Shown here: piece after piece, positions 38,053-46,124 of the stretch
Numbering within the stretch: the first letter of the stretch is position 1
How the letters are laid out: each line of letters begins with the position of its first letter
From: a virus
DNA length: 64,000 nt
IMG/VR virus record: IMGVR_UViG_3300021407_000013
Span: 1-64,000 of that record
Reading direction: 5' to 3' (one strand)
Translations under genes and position numbers: made by a program
The notes under the pieces: model-generated
What the model was told of the DNA's origin: nothing
Seen by the model: the letters and a program-made list of their open reading frames with translations, nothing else
The model's database searches: none

Positions 38053-38436
38053 ATGATGTCTAGTAAAAAACGCGCATTGATAAGGCATATGAAGGCAAAT
38101 CCGTTAGATAGTGTGAGATCTGCACATAAAAATATGGACATTACTCCGAAGCGGATGACATATCGAATTGATCCGAATAAAGAATTGAAGGAACGGGACG
38201 AAAAACCGCTTGAAGAAGTAAAGATTAATCAGAATTACGATATTTGGAGAGTAGACGTAAAAATATTAAAAAGATCTGGTAAGAAAGTTATAAAATATGT
38301 GAAGAATAATCCGCCTGGAAAGCGGTATTATCCTCTATCTGAGTCTAAAATAGCGAAAGGTGATCAGATAGAAGGCAAAACGGTGACAGGAACTACGTTT
38401 GCTGATTACAACAACAAGCGTAAAAGTGAGGAGTAA
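38053..38436 (+). CDS. Basic hypothetical protein
   Basis: SD AAGGA; start re-assigned. Confidence 0.55.
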   Translation: MMSSKKRALIRHMKANPLDSVRSAHKNMDITPKRMTYRIDPNKELKERDEKPLEEVKINQNYDIWRVDVKILKRSGKKVIKYVKNNPPGKRYYPLSESKIAKGDQIEGKTVTGTTFADYNNKRKSEE

Positions 38437-38441
38437 GGGTT

Positions 38442-38621
38442 ATGTCAGAGCGTAAATTGAAAGATAGGAGCATTTTCAGGAAACAGCCAAAAATGCCGCC
38501 ACTACAGCGATTGTTTGTCAGCGCAGCAACTGGACATGCCAATCGCAGCAAAAAACTAAAAGTCTCAGTTGCACCTATGCAATTCACCAAACAGGAGAAG
38601 AAAAATGACGAAGATGTTTAA
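38442..38621 (+). CDS. 59-aa basic protein (not in ORF track)
   Basis: MSERKLKDRSIFRKQPKMPPLQRLF..., fills the gap between genes. Confidence 0.45.
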   Translation: MSERKLKDRSIFRKQPKMPPLQRLFVSAATGHANRSKKLKVSVAPMQFTKQEKKNDEDV

Positions 38622-38937
38622 CCAGGAAGTACATGACAACCTCATTGCTCTCGGATACACGTATCTATTCAGATACAAGAATAGATACGATGAGTATAAC
38701 CATCCTATTAACGACGACTGGATTAGCATAGACAAAGTTGGGCGTGTAGATTTCCCAGATATATGCTCCTATATTGATACTCCAAAGCATAAAGCTAAAA
38801 TCCAGAGGGATATGACACCTGCTATGGCATTAAGAATAGCAGTTAATATGAAGAAAATATTTGAACAAAAGAATTTGCCATACCAATTAGATATAGATGG
38901 TCATAAAATAAAATTAGGAATAATGACTCAACATTAG
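38605..38937 (+). CDS. Hypothetical protein (N-terminus resembles 47887..48096)
   Basis: SD AGGAG; stop TAG overlaps HH1. Confidence 0.6.
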   Translation: MTKMFNQEVHDNLIALGYTYLFRYKNRYDEYNHPINDDWISIDKVGRVDFPDICSYIDTPKHKAKIQRDMTPAMALRIAVNMKKIFEQKNLPYQLDIDGHKIKLGIMTQH

Positions 38938-39000
38938 ACCGAAACTGGTGCGCCATATAGGGCGTTCCAGTCCTAGCGTGAGGCGCTAGCTGACGAGGTC
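38937..39000 (+). ncRNA. Type II hammerhead ribozyme HH1 (GUC; cut after 38972)
   Basis: GACC-GAAA-CUGG..CCAG-UC/CUAGCG-UGAGG-CGCUAG-CUGACGA-GGUC. Confidence 0.95.
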
Positions 39001-39019
39001 AGTAACAGGAGAAAGTACA

Positions 39020-39241
39020 ATGGCACGGGTAATTGTTCAGGTTAAGCTTGCAGACATCAATGGAAACGAATACACGGAAGGTGAGTTGCTTCGTGAATTT
39101 ACAGTAGTAACCAAAGGTCGCGGTGCAATAAATATACAGTCGATGGCATCAATTATACAAGGTACAATCGAAGCTTATGAGGACAAATTTAGGGTTGAAA
39201 ATACCAAAACATATTCAGTAACAAATCGCCGAACTGGTTAA
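39020..39241 (+). CDS. Hypothetical protein between HH1 and HH2
   Basis: SD AGGAGA. Confidence 0.65.
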   Translation: MARVIVQVKLADINGNEYTEGELLREFTVVTKGRGAINIQSMASIIQGTIEAYEDKFRVENTKTYSVTNRRTG

Positions 39242-39244
39242 CCA

Positions 39245-39303
39245 GGCCGAAACTGGCAGGTGCGATCTGCCAGTCCTAGCGTAAATCGCTAGCTGACGAG
39301 GTC
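39245..39303 (+). ncRNA. Type II hammerhead ribozyme HH2 (GUC; cut after 39275)
   Basis: GGCC-GAAA-CUGGCAG..CUGCCAG-UC/CUAGCG-UAAAU-CGCUAG-CUGACGA-GGUC. Confidence 0.95.
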
Positions 39304-39322
39304 AGTAACCAGGAGAACTAAA

Positions 39323-39610
39323 ATGGCACAGATAGAAGATGAGCAATTACTCGCGATGTATTCGCGGGATTTTACCACTGATAAGTCCTATGGACAGCTC
39401 AGTGTTGTCTCCATACTCACAGAGAGTGTGGAGCAACTAACAGATCTCATACCAGAGATCGCTACGCTCCCAGTTGAGCGTAAGGCACAGATTGAAGAGC
39501 AGATTGTGCTCTTCACTCTTTCGCTCTACCACGAAGGTAGATTGCGCGGTGAAGCTGCGGAGCGTTCCACACAAGAGGCTGATTCTGATCGCCTCTCAAA
39601 TTACGAGTGA
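39323..39610 (+). CDS. Hypothetical protein
   Basis: SD AGGAGA right after HH2. Confidence 0.6.
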   Translation: MAQIEDEQLLAMYSRDFTTDKSYGQLSVVSILTESVEQLTDLIPEIATLPVERKAQIEEQIVLFTLSLYHEGRLRGEAAERSTQEADSDRLSNYE

Positions 39611-39618
39611 GGTAGCAA

Positions 39619-39858
39619 ATGACAACCATTACAATCGAACTAGAGATAGTTCAGGCCCAAGAACTTGCCGCAGTAGCACGTGGCAAAGCTAAGGGCATCG
39701 ACTGGGTTCTGGAGAATAAACCTCCAATTCCCAAGAAGGCGTTAGAGCTTGATGAGCGAGCTAAGGTGCTCATACAAGCAGCCACTACCATTGAGACAGC
39801 GCTCCATGCAAGGGCGCTCTCCAATGTCGTTCCGTTGGGAGGTAAAAATGCCGGCTGA
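39619..39858 (+). CDS. Hypothetical protein
   Basis: SD GAGG. Confidence 0.55.
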   Translation: MTTITIELEIVQAQELAAVARGKAKGIDWVLENKPPIPKKALELDERAKVLIQAATTIETALHARALSNVVPLGGKNAG

Positions 39859-40144
39859 TCCCTGGATCGTATGCCCAGTCTGCGATGGCGAAGGCAAGAC
39901 TGTCAATCCGAACATTGATTCGAACGGATTGACCAGAGAAGACTTCGATGAAGACCCAGACTTCAGAGAAGATTATATGAGCGGCGTATATGATATTACG
40001 TGCGCTGCTTGCTCTGGGAAGCGTGTTGTGAAAGCAGCACGTATCGAGGAGCTTCAACAAAATGCTGAAGATCGACGCCTCGCCGCTCGTGAGAACGGTG
40101 ATTATGAATCATACTGCGGTGCAGGCGACTGGAGGTATGGGTAA
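39848..40144 (+). CDS. Zn-finger hypothetical protein
   Basis: CPVCDGEG...GVYD..CxxCxG; SD GGAGG. Confidence 0.6.
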   Translation: MPADPWIVCPVCDGEGKTVNPNIDSNGLTREDFDEDPDFREDYMSGVYDITCAACSGKRVVKAARIEELQQNAEDRRLAARENGDYESYCGAGDWRYG

Positions 40145-40383
40145 TGGACAAGCAAATAGAAAATCGCGCCAAGTACCCATACATCTGCGCTTGGGGTATG
40201 CGACTTGGTTCTTTTCAATATTATATCGACGGAGAAATTAAAAGAGCCATCGAGGACGGCGCTCCTGAGCGTGCCATTTACAAGAGCGGTTCAGGAGAGT
40301 GGCGCACCATTGATGATTGTGCGAACCCCAATGCTAAAGAAGAATGTGAGGCGTGGGTAGCTAAAAAATACCCTGGCAAATAG
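40144..40383 (+). CDS. Hypothetical protein
   Basis: Coupled; stop TAG overlaps HH3. Confidence 0.6.
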   Translation: MDKQIENRAKYPYICAWGMRLGSFQYYIDGEIKRAIEDGAPERAIYKSGSGEWRTIDDCANPNAKEECEAWVAKKYPGK

Positions 40384-40439
40384 ATCGAAACTGGCAGTGC
40401 GATTGCCAGTCGCGTTGTAATGCAACGCCTGACGAGGTC
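40383..40439 (+). ncRNA. Type II hammerhead ribozyme HH3 (GUC; cut after 40411)
   Basis: GAUC-GAAA-CUGGCAG..UUGCCAG-UC/GCGUUG-UAAUG-CAACGC-CUGACGA-GGUC. Confidence 0.95.
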
Positions 40440-40464
40440 AGTTACCCAAACCAGGACTACGAAA

Positions 40465-40677
40465 ATGGCTATCCAAAATACAACATTATATGAGGATAAC
40501 TATGGCTTCTACTGTGTAGAGGAGCCAGATGAAGAAGCCTTCTACGTCCACATCGTAAAGCAGAGTGTGGCGAAGAAGTGCTCGCGTTGCCAAAAGAAGG
40601 TGCGCTTGTTGAAGCATATCAAAATGTGCGCTTCGTGTTCTAATGCCATCGAGTTTGGCGCATCGGAGTCAATATAA
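40465..40677 (+). CDS. Zn-finger hypothetical protein
   Basis: SD AGGA after HH3; CSRC...CASC. Confidence 0.6.
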   Translation: MAIQNTTLYEDNYGFYCVEEPDEEAFYVHIVKQSVAKKCSRCQKKVRLLKHIKMCASCSNAIEFGASESI

Positions 40678-40961
40678 TGTCAAACGAAATTTTAGAAGCT
40701 GTGCCAGACACAGAAGCCAAGCCGCGTATGGTTAAGATACAGGTGTGGTGTTGGAAGACCTATACCAAAAAATACAAAGATGAAGTTGTTAGCTTCATGT
40801 CAGAAGAATACAGCGCTGATGCTTACAAGTCGGAAGGTGACATTATAAATCATCATCTTACAAACGGCCACTACCAATTGCATCGTATTGATTGCTTCTA
40901 CACTTTAATACATGAAGGTGGTTCTACTGATATACTGCAATGGAGGTTCGAGCAGTCATGA
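40677..40961 (+). CDS. Hypothetical protein
   Basis: Coupled ORF. Confidence 0.55.
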   Translation: MSNEILEAVPDTEAKPRMVKIQVWCWKTYTKKYKDEVVSFMSEEYSADAYKSEGDIINHHLTNGHYQLHRIDCFYTLIHEGGSTDILQWRFEQS

Positions 40962-41260
40962 AAGAAGGTAATCACATCATTACCATTGAAGAGCTATTTT
41001 TATTATCTGTCATGCTTCGACAGTTCCAAGAAAAAGTAGAAGCAATTGACAAAGACAAAACAATTTCATCTTTCGTTGCCTTGTTTCCATTGGAGCAAGA
41101 CAAGTCAGAAGATCCACATGAAATTGCTAAAGTTTCTCTCCAGAATTTATTGGAGGGATTCGAGAAAACCGAGCGTCAAATTCGCGATACAAACTACCAG
41201 TTGTTCAAAGTTAGAACATTTCTGGAAGCCCTAAAGGATGGCGCCTCAGATTGGAAATAG
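40958..41260 (+). CDS. Hypothetical protein
   Basis: ATGA coupling; stop TAG overlaps HH4. Confidence 0.55.
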   Translation: MKEGNHIITIEELFLLSVMLRQFQEKVEAIDKDKTISSFVALFPLEQDKSEDPHEIAKVSLQNLLEGFEKTERQIRDTNYQLFKVRTFLEALKDGASDWK

Positions 41261-41326
41261 ATCGAAACTATGGGGCGCACCAAAAGCGTTCCATAGTCGC
41301 GGCGTTACTCGCCGCCTGACGAGATC
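41260..41326 (+). ncRNA. Type II hammerhead ribozyme HH4 (GUC; cut after 41298)
   Basis: GAUC-GAAA-CUAUGGGGCGC..GCGUUCCAUAG-UC/GCGGCG-UUACU-CGCCGC-CUGACGA-GAUC. Confidence 0.95.
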
Positions 41327-41345
41327 AGAAAAAGGAGTAGGTAGC

Positions 41346-41555
41346 ATGACGAAAGTAGATCCAAAATCTGCCTTTGAAGGGGACACCATTACTCCCATCG
41401 AAAAGCCCAAAACAAGGCAACAGAAAATTGTTGAGTATAGAGCAGCTCACGAAGCTGAGTATCGTAAGGCGTGCCACGAAGAGCAATGCACCTGCACACC
41501 AACGCGGGCGCAAATGCTCATTATGGAGAATTACAACCATCCACCGATCGACTAA
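41346..41555 (+). CDS. Hypothetical protein
   Basis: SD AAGGAG after HH4; start re-assigned. Confidence 0.6.
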   Translation: MTKVDPKSAFEGDTITPIEKPKTRQQKIVEYRAAHEAEYRKACHEEQCTCTPTRAQMLIMENYNHPPID

Positions 41556-41573
41556 GAAAATTTATTGAACTTA

Positions 41574-41597
41574 GTGGGGCTTCGGCCCCATTCTTTT
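41574..41597 (+). terminator. Intrinsic terminator
   Basis: GTGGGGC-TTCG-GCCCCAT then TCTTTT. Confidence 0.75.
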
Positions 41598-41631
41598 AGG
41601 TCATTTAAGGCCACTAACCAGGAGAGTAAAA

Positions 41632-41928
41632 ATGGAAATCCACGACAATCTTCACTATACTGATTCTACATACGGAAACCCAGAACGTAAATGGCAGATG
41701 CGTTCTGATCACATTCTCAAGCTGTTCGATCTACCACCGAATGGTCCAATTCCTCCTGATCATTTCGATTCTAGGGTTATTGGCAATGTGCAGGTTATGA
41801 TCGTTCCGCGCGGTTATTTCAAAATCAAGCGTCGTGTGGTCGCGTATTGCCCCAAGTGCAAGAAAATTGTGTGCGCTGGTCATTTAATGCAGCACATGAA
41901 GGTCCACAAGAAGGACCAGGAGATTTAA
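41632..41928 (+). CDS. C2H2-type Zn-finger protein
   Basis: CPKC.K......L.QHMKVH. Confidence 0.6.
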   Translation: MEIHDNLHYTDSTYGNPERKWQMRSDHILKLFDLPPNGPIPPDHFDSRVIGNVQVMIVPRGYFKIKRRVVAYCPKCKKIVCAGHLMQHMKVHKKDQEI

Positions 41929-41929
41929 G

Positions 41930-42073
41930 ATGACTCAATTAGATTTTCATTCCGCCTGTATTTTGGTCCTCGGTCTTGGAGGCTTCGCCAATACCGTTGC
42001 CAATTATCTGCTATCAAAACGAGTCCGCTATTTGGAGCATAAACGCAAGGTTATGTTCTGGGAAAGGGAGTAA
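41930..42073 (+). CDS. 47-aa membrane protein (not in ORF track)
   Basis: SD AGGAG; hydrophobic ACILVLGLGGFANTVANYLL. Confidence 0.45.
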   Translation: MTQLDFHSACILVLGLGGFANTVANYLLSKRVRYLEHKRKVMFWERE

Positions 42074-42301
42074 ATGACCGAACAGGAAGAAGCATTTGAT
42101 CTATGGAAATCCAGAGTAGACGTTTATCTGGAGCAGATGGTTAAAAAGCTAAGTGGAGATTTTCGTTACGATTTTTTGAAAGACTTCAACGATAAGGTTC
42201 CACCTAGCGTAACAGCAACCAGAGTTGTTAAAAGTCAATACAAAGGAGCTAGAAATGGCAGAGTACGAAGTCAAATCAAACGGGAAGAAGCTCCTCGATG
42301 A
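42074..42301 (+). CDS. Hypothetical protein
   Basis: Coupled ORF. Confidence 0.5.
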   Translation: MTEQEEAFDLWKSRVDVYLEQMVKKLSGDFRYDFLKDFNDKVPPSVTATRVVKSQYKGARNGRVRSQIKREEAPR

Positions 42302-42485
42302 GTATCGAGGAGACCGCGTTTTTGGAGATTGTTATGTCATTCTTAAGGATGGAAAGGAATCGTATGAAGTCGTCCTTTCTACCATAGTTGACAGTTGCAA
42401 TTGCCCAGGATTTACACATCACGGGCATTGTAAGCATATTGATATGACTTACGAGAAAGCATTTGTTTCTGAAGTAGATCAATAG
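42255..42485 (+). CDS. SWIM Zn-finger protein
   Basis: CNCPGF...CKHI; stop TAG overlaps HH5. Confidence 0.65.
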   Translation: MAEYEVKSNGKKLLDEYRGDRVFGDCYVILKDGKESYEVVLSTIVDSCNCPGFTHHGHCKHIDMTYEKAFVSEVDQ

Positions 42486-42549
42486 ACCGAAACTTGGTGC
42501 GCCACAAAGGCGTTCCAAGTCGTGCTGTTAGGCAGCACCTGACGAGGTC
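42485..42549 (+). ncRNA. Type II hammerhead ribozyme HH5 (GUC; cut after 42521)
   Basis: GACC-GAAA-CUUGG..CCAAG-UC/GUGCUG-UUAGG-CAGCAC-CUGACGA-GGUC. Confidence 0.95.
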
Positions 42550-42573
42550 AGAAATGCCAAGGAGGTAGCACGT

Positions 42574-42720
42574 ATGGGTGACCCAGAAGAGCATAAAGAC
42601 GAAGAGTTGAGCGTAAAGGCTGATACTCCTGCTCCAAAGGAGGAAGGTCCGTCTGAACCAAAAGAACCAGAAGCGGATCCAATCCGTAAAGGTGAAGGCG
42701 ATCAGCCTGAAGTAGCGTAA
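42574..42720 (+). CDS. 48-aa acidic disordered protein (not in ORF track)
   Basis: SD AAGGAGG after HH5; MGDPEEHKDEELSVKADTPAPKEEGP... Confidence 0.6.
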   Translation: MGDPEEHKDEELSVKADTPAPKEEGPSEPKEPEADPIRKGEGDQPEVA

Positions 42721-42725
42721 GCATA

Positions 42726-42762
42726 GGCCGCTCCCATTTGGGAGGATGGGAGCGGTTTCTTT
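42726..42762 (+). terminator. Intrinsic terminator
   Basis: GGCCGCTCCCAT..ATGGGAGCGGTT then TCTTT. Confidence 0.7.
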
Positions 42763-42777
42763 AACCAGGAGAACAAA

Positions 42778-42966
42778 ATGCCTAAAAGTGAAGCGTTAAA
42801 ATATATATCAGTACCTCGTAACGAATATCAAATTCTTACAAGCGCCATGCGTATCTATGTGGCTCTTCTCACAGAGGAATACGGCAATCAGCCTTCTTCT
42901 GAGAGGAAAACCGCTATGGAAGATGCGATCTCTTTATTGACAAGGATGAAAAATGGCAAACTTTAA
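42778..42966 (+). CDS. Hypothetical protein
   Basis: SD AGGAGA. Confidence 0.55.
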   Translation: MPKSEALKYISVPRNEYQILTSAMRIYVALLTEEYGNQPSSERKTAMEDAISLLTRMKNGKL

Positions 42967-43153
42967 AGACCATCCTCCGTTAAAGCCGTGCCATTGCGGC
43001 TCTGGTCTGGAGCGCCACGCAGAAAAAGATGCTCGTGGTATCTTTCTTTGCTATGTCTGTGAGAAATGCAGAGATGAGAAGCTCTCTCATTATCGACCAG
43101 ACGTTCTTACTGACCCAAACTATTGGCACGACGAGCCAATCGACGAGCCATAA
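42953..43153 (+). CDS. Zn-binding hypothetical protein
   Basis: CHCGSG...DARGI...VC.KC. Confidence 0.6.
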   Translation: MANFKDHPPLKPCHCGSGLERHAEKDARGIFLCYVCEKCRDEKLSHYRPDVLTDPNYWHDEPIDEP

Positions 43154-43154
43154 A

Positions 43155-43298
43155 ATGCAAACAATCCTCTTGTTTCTCATTCTTATGGCACTTTCGCCTA
43201 GATTGGCGCGAGCGTTCGGCAAGTTCATCGTCATGCTTGTGTTGTTTTTCATCGGCATACTGGTTTTAGCAGCATGGCCGCATGTAGGGCATCCGTAA
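43155..43298 (+). CDS. 47-aa two-helix membrane protein
   Basis: Start re-assigned; hydrophobic. Confidence 0.5.
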   Translation: MQTILLFLILMALSPRLARAFGKFIVMLVLFFIGILVLAAWPHVGHP

Positions 43299-43357
43299 TG
43301 CATGGCTTCATTGTCTTTTTGCTCGTGATCATTATTCTAATGCTCATGTGCAAATGA
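43298..43357 (+). CDS. 19-aa hydrophobic peptide
   Basis: TAATG coupling; MHGFIVFLLVIIILMLMCK. Confidence 0.45.
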   Translation: MHGFIVFLLVIIILMLMCK

Positions 43358-43362
43358 GTTAA

Positions 43363-43531
43363 GGCGCGGTAACAGCGCCAGCCGCCAAAGACTAGCCATC
43401 CACAGCCCCCCGTTCGGATGGCATTTTTATCAATTTAGCGAACCCTCTGGTCATTTAGAATCGCCCCCCGGTTCCTATGGGCCAGAGGTAGACTTGCCGC
43501 TCCACTCCCCACAAGAGTGGAGCGGCCCTTT
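43363..43531 (+). ncRNA. Candidate sRNA of tandem hairpins with C-rich loops ending in a terminator
   Basis: GCCATCC/GGATGGC, CCTCTGGTC/GGCCAGAGG, GCCGCTCCACTC/GAGTGGAGCGGC stems. Confidence 0.5.
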
Positions 43532-43567
43532 TAGGCAATTTAGCCACAAACTAGGATTTAAAATGTC

Positions 43568-44581
43568 ATGTACCTTATGGATCACATCGTAGAAACAGTT
43601 CATCAAGCGAAGAAACGAAAGTTGATGCAACATCCTGTTGTCAGAATCTTTCCAGAATTGGAAGAGAAACTGAAAGGATGCCCGCGTTTCTTGTTTGACG
43701 AGAACGCAATCAGAACGGCTGTGGAACTTACTCTGGGGCGCCCCAAGGTGCTTAGGGAAGCCATGGCACATCTTACCATTCCATACACTAAGTTGTGGGT
43801 AGAATGGCCAGAAAGCGGCAGAGAAAAATTGAGACAGACGTTCTCAATCGACTCTTACGAGTATCCTGAGCGCCCATTACCAACTCGTTTGGGCTTTCTG
43901 CTAGAGACAGATGAGTCTGGTAGAAAAGGTCAGGTTACTTGGGTTTGGAGTAATCATTTTATCAAGAAAGGTGAGCCTCCGAATGTTGGTCCAATATCTG
44001 CGTTCTTTGATTTGGATTTTAACTATAGCAAGTTGGTAAGCCCGAGCTTTGTGAAAAGTTTTTTGGATGCTAACCTAGCGCATATCTGGAAGGACAACAA
44101 AATCCAACTGGAGGCGCTCCTTAGTATTTGGGATACATCTTATCATCAACCGTCCGAATGGGGACAGAAGTTTCTGAAAATTCCTGTTCCAGGATCGCCG
44201 TATGGTAACGATGATCAACGTGTAGCCAATTTCTATGCGGACGTTTATGGCGAATACATTATGGTTTGGTCTTGCTTGTTACTGTTGACATCTTCCAAGA
44301 AGATTGTAAATTTGGAAGAAGTTGATATGTCTCCGCTCAATAAAATACGCAGGCGGATGGATAAGCCTCAAAAACTAGATCATACCATTGTTAGCATGTA
44401 TATAAATGAAGAAACTCGTATGCACCAACAAGGTATGCCTCTTGGGTATACCAGAAAGAGTCCACGTATCCATATGGTTGGGTCATATCTTAACAGACGT
44501 GGCGATAAACATTGGATAGTTCAGCCTTTCTGGCGAGGCGAAGGCGAAGTTATCAGCAGACACGTAAAAGTGAAAGGATAG
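43568..44581 (+). CDS. Phage protein of unknown function
   Basis: 337 aa; PY..LWVEW and C-terminal SPR.H.V..Y..RRG...W...FWRG. Confidence 0.7.
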   Translation: MYLMDHIVETVHQAKKRKLMQHPVVRIFPELEEKLKGCPRFLFDENAIRTAVELTLGRPKVLREAMAHLTIPYTKLWVEWPESGREKLRQTFSIDSYEYPERPLPTRLGFLLETDESGRKGQVTWVWSNHFIKKGEPPNVGPISAFFDLDFNYSKLVSPSFVKSFLDANLAHIWKDNKIQLEALLSIWDTSYHQPSEWGQKFLKIPVPGSPYGNDDQRVANFYADVYGEYIMVWSCLLLLTSSKKIVNLEEVDMSPLNKIRRRMDKPQKLDHTIVSMYINEETRMHQQGMPLGYTRKSPRIHMVGSYLNRRGDKHWIVQPFWRGEGEVISRHVKVKG

Positions 44582-44584
44582 CAC

Positions 44585-44800
44585 ATGCCATCACATTACT
44601 ATTCACTTCTCGGAATAGTAAGAGCTACTCCAATAAAGCACGGATGGAACGTCGAAGTATCCTACAAGGATGAAGATGTCCATTCCGGTCCTTACAAGAC
44701 TACCACTAAATGGCATCCTGTAAAGGAAGTCACTACTGTTGACGAGTTAAATGATCTTGTTCTAAAACTATGCAGTGAGGAGACTAAACGTGAAACGTAG
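44585..44800 (+). CDS. Hypothetical protein
   Basis: ORF with SD. Confidence 0.5.
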   Translation: MPSHYYSLLGIVRATPIKHGWNVEVSYKDEDVHSGPYKTTTKWHPVKEVTTVDELNDLVLKLCSEETKRET

Positions 44801-45164
44801 CCTAATCATAATGGCGCTGCTCATATCAGGTAGCGCCCAAGCAGAGATGTGTGACTTTGAGCACAAATGTTACCCAGATCAGCCTTATTACGATCTGCAA
44901 GGAAAAAGAATTCCACCACCAGCACCGCAATATCCACAGCCTAAGCCATTACCAACACCATCTGCACAAGTTACCATTAATTCAAACATTTGCAAGTTGG
45001 CGAAGATCAGAGTTTCCCCTGAGGCGCCACAAACGATAATTGAAATCTGTACCATGTCAGATGACGAAGAAAGAATGTATCGTCAGCGGCAGAGAGATCA
45101 TCAAATCTCAATTCCACAGATGTATATGAAGAACTATCTCGTACCACCGGAAGGGAACTACTAA
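44790..45164 (+). CDS. Secreted Pro-rich protein
   Basis: Signal peptide ending AQA-E; SD GAGGAG. Confidence 0.55.
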   Translation: MKRSLIIMALLISGSAQAEMCDFEHKCYPDQPYYDLQGKRIPPPAPQYPQPKPLPTPSAQVTINSNICKLAKIRVSPEAPQTIIEICTMSDDEERMYRQRQRDHQISIPQMYMKNYLVPPEGNY

Positions 45165-45448
45165 TGGGTAAGTTTGAACCGTCTATTGATGAAACGGAAA
45201 GGCTTACGTTCTTTCCAGACGGAACCGCTATGGTTATACGTTACTCAGTGTTAACTGGCAAATTCAACAAATGTACGTTGAATCTTACCCAACAGCAATA
45301 CGACGATTGGAAAATTAGGCGTCGTCTAATCCAAGATGTCATGCCTCATTTGGATAAAGATGAACGCGAGTTTCTTATGACAGGCTATACGCCAGAAGAT
45401 TGGGCTAAAATGTTCCCTCCAGAGAAAGGGGATGAAGATGCCATCTGA
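45164..45448 (+). CDS. Hypothetical protein
   Basis: LIQDVMPHL..DEREFLMTG.TPE.W motif. Confidence 0.6.
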   Translation: MGKFEPSIDETERLTFFPDGTAMVIRYSVLTGKFNKCTLNLTQQQYDDWKIRRRLIQDVMPHLDKDEREFLMTGYTPEDWAKMFPPEKGDEDAI

Positions 45449-45815
45449 GCATAAGCTACCAAAAAAGTCTAAGATGGAGTTCCCGAAAGCGCCAGCTACT
45501 GGCAGTTATATGTATATCATTAAACCTACTGATACTACATATGCTGAAGGTAAGGTGCTCACAACATTACCAACACTCGATATGTTGGTTTTTGGTGTCG
45601 AAGGTCATATAGAGATCGTACCACGCTTTCATAAATTTGGCGGCCGTACTTGTGTGGCTTTTTGTAATGAAGAAGGCAAAATGCAAGGCAAACTCCCAAA
45701 TCATCTAGCCCAGATTTTATGGGAAGAGAATGTGGGGCGCATCATAAACGAGGATCAACTCGTTGGTAACATAGTAATCATCGTTGCTGATCCCAGCTTT
45801 CTAGCGAGGATGTGA
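45438..45815 (+). CDS. DUF3846-like protein
   Basis: VEG.IE.V...NEEGK...LPN..A...D.LVGNIVI. Confidence 0.6.
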   Translation: MPSEHKLPKKSKMEFPKAPATGSYMYIIKPTDTTYAEGKVLTTLPTLDMLVFGVEGHIEIVPRFHKFGGRTCVAFCNEEGKMQGKLPNHLAQILWEENVGRIINEDQLVGNIVIIVADPSFLARM

Positions 45816-46102
45816 TGAAGACTCTCTCAGTTGTAGCACTAACCATAGGTATGATAAATGCAGCGGACGCTCACTGTTATTCTCGCTGGTACTATCCGTA
45901 TCCTCAGAAATGTGGAGGAGTTTATTCTCGTCAAAGTAACAGACCTCCAATTGTACGTAGCGTTAATTTCAATCCTCCTCTTCCTCCTGATCCTAGCGAT
46001 ATTCCACTCCCGGATCTAAGTGCGAATTGGGGAGGCACACTTGACACGCAATTGGAACTCCAGTTGCGCCTCAGAGCATTAGGCTACCAAACTGATCGTT
46101 AG
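45812..46102 (+). CDS. Secreted hypothetical protein
   Basis: Signal peptide; CYSRWYYPYPQKC. Confidence 0.55.
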   Translation: MMKTLSVVALTIGMINAADAHCYSRWYYPYPQKCGGVYSRQSNRPPIVRSVNFNPPLPPDPSDIPLPDLSANWGGTLDTQLELQLRLRALGYQTDR

Positions 46103-46124
46103 GCACTTTGCCAAGGAGACTATT

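Noticed and set aside
37673-38141. ORFs called over the divergent promoter and leader region
   Set aside because: They lack SDs and overlap promoters and structured RNA; likely spurious.
40420-41345. Long N-terminal versions of ORFs 40420..40677 and 41238..41555
   Set aside because: They run through ribozymes; SD-supported starts lie downstream at 40465 and 41346.
38937-42549. CRISPR array or integron attC-like interpretation of the intergenic repeats
   Set aside because: Spacing is 0.3-1.2 kb with whole genes in between, no cas or integrase gene is present, and the conserved bases are exactly the hammerhead core.
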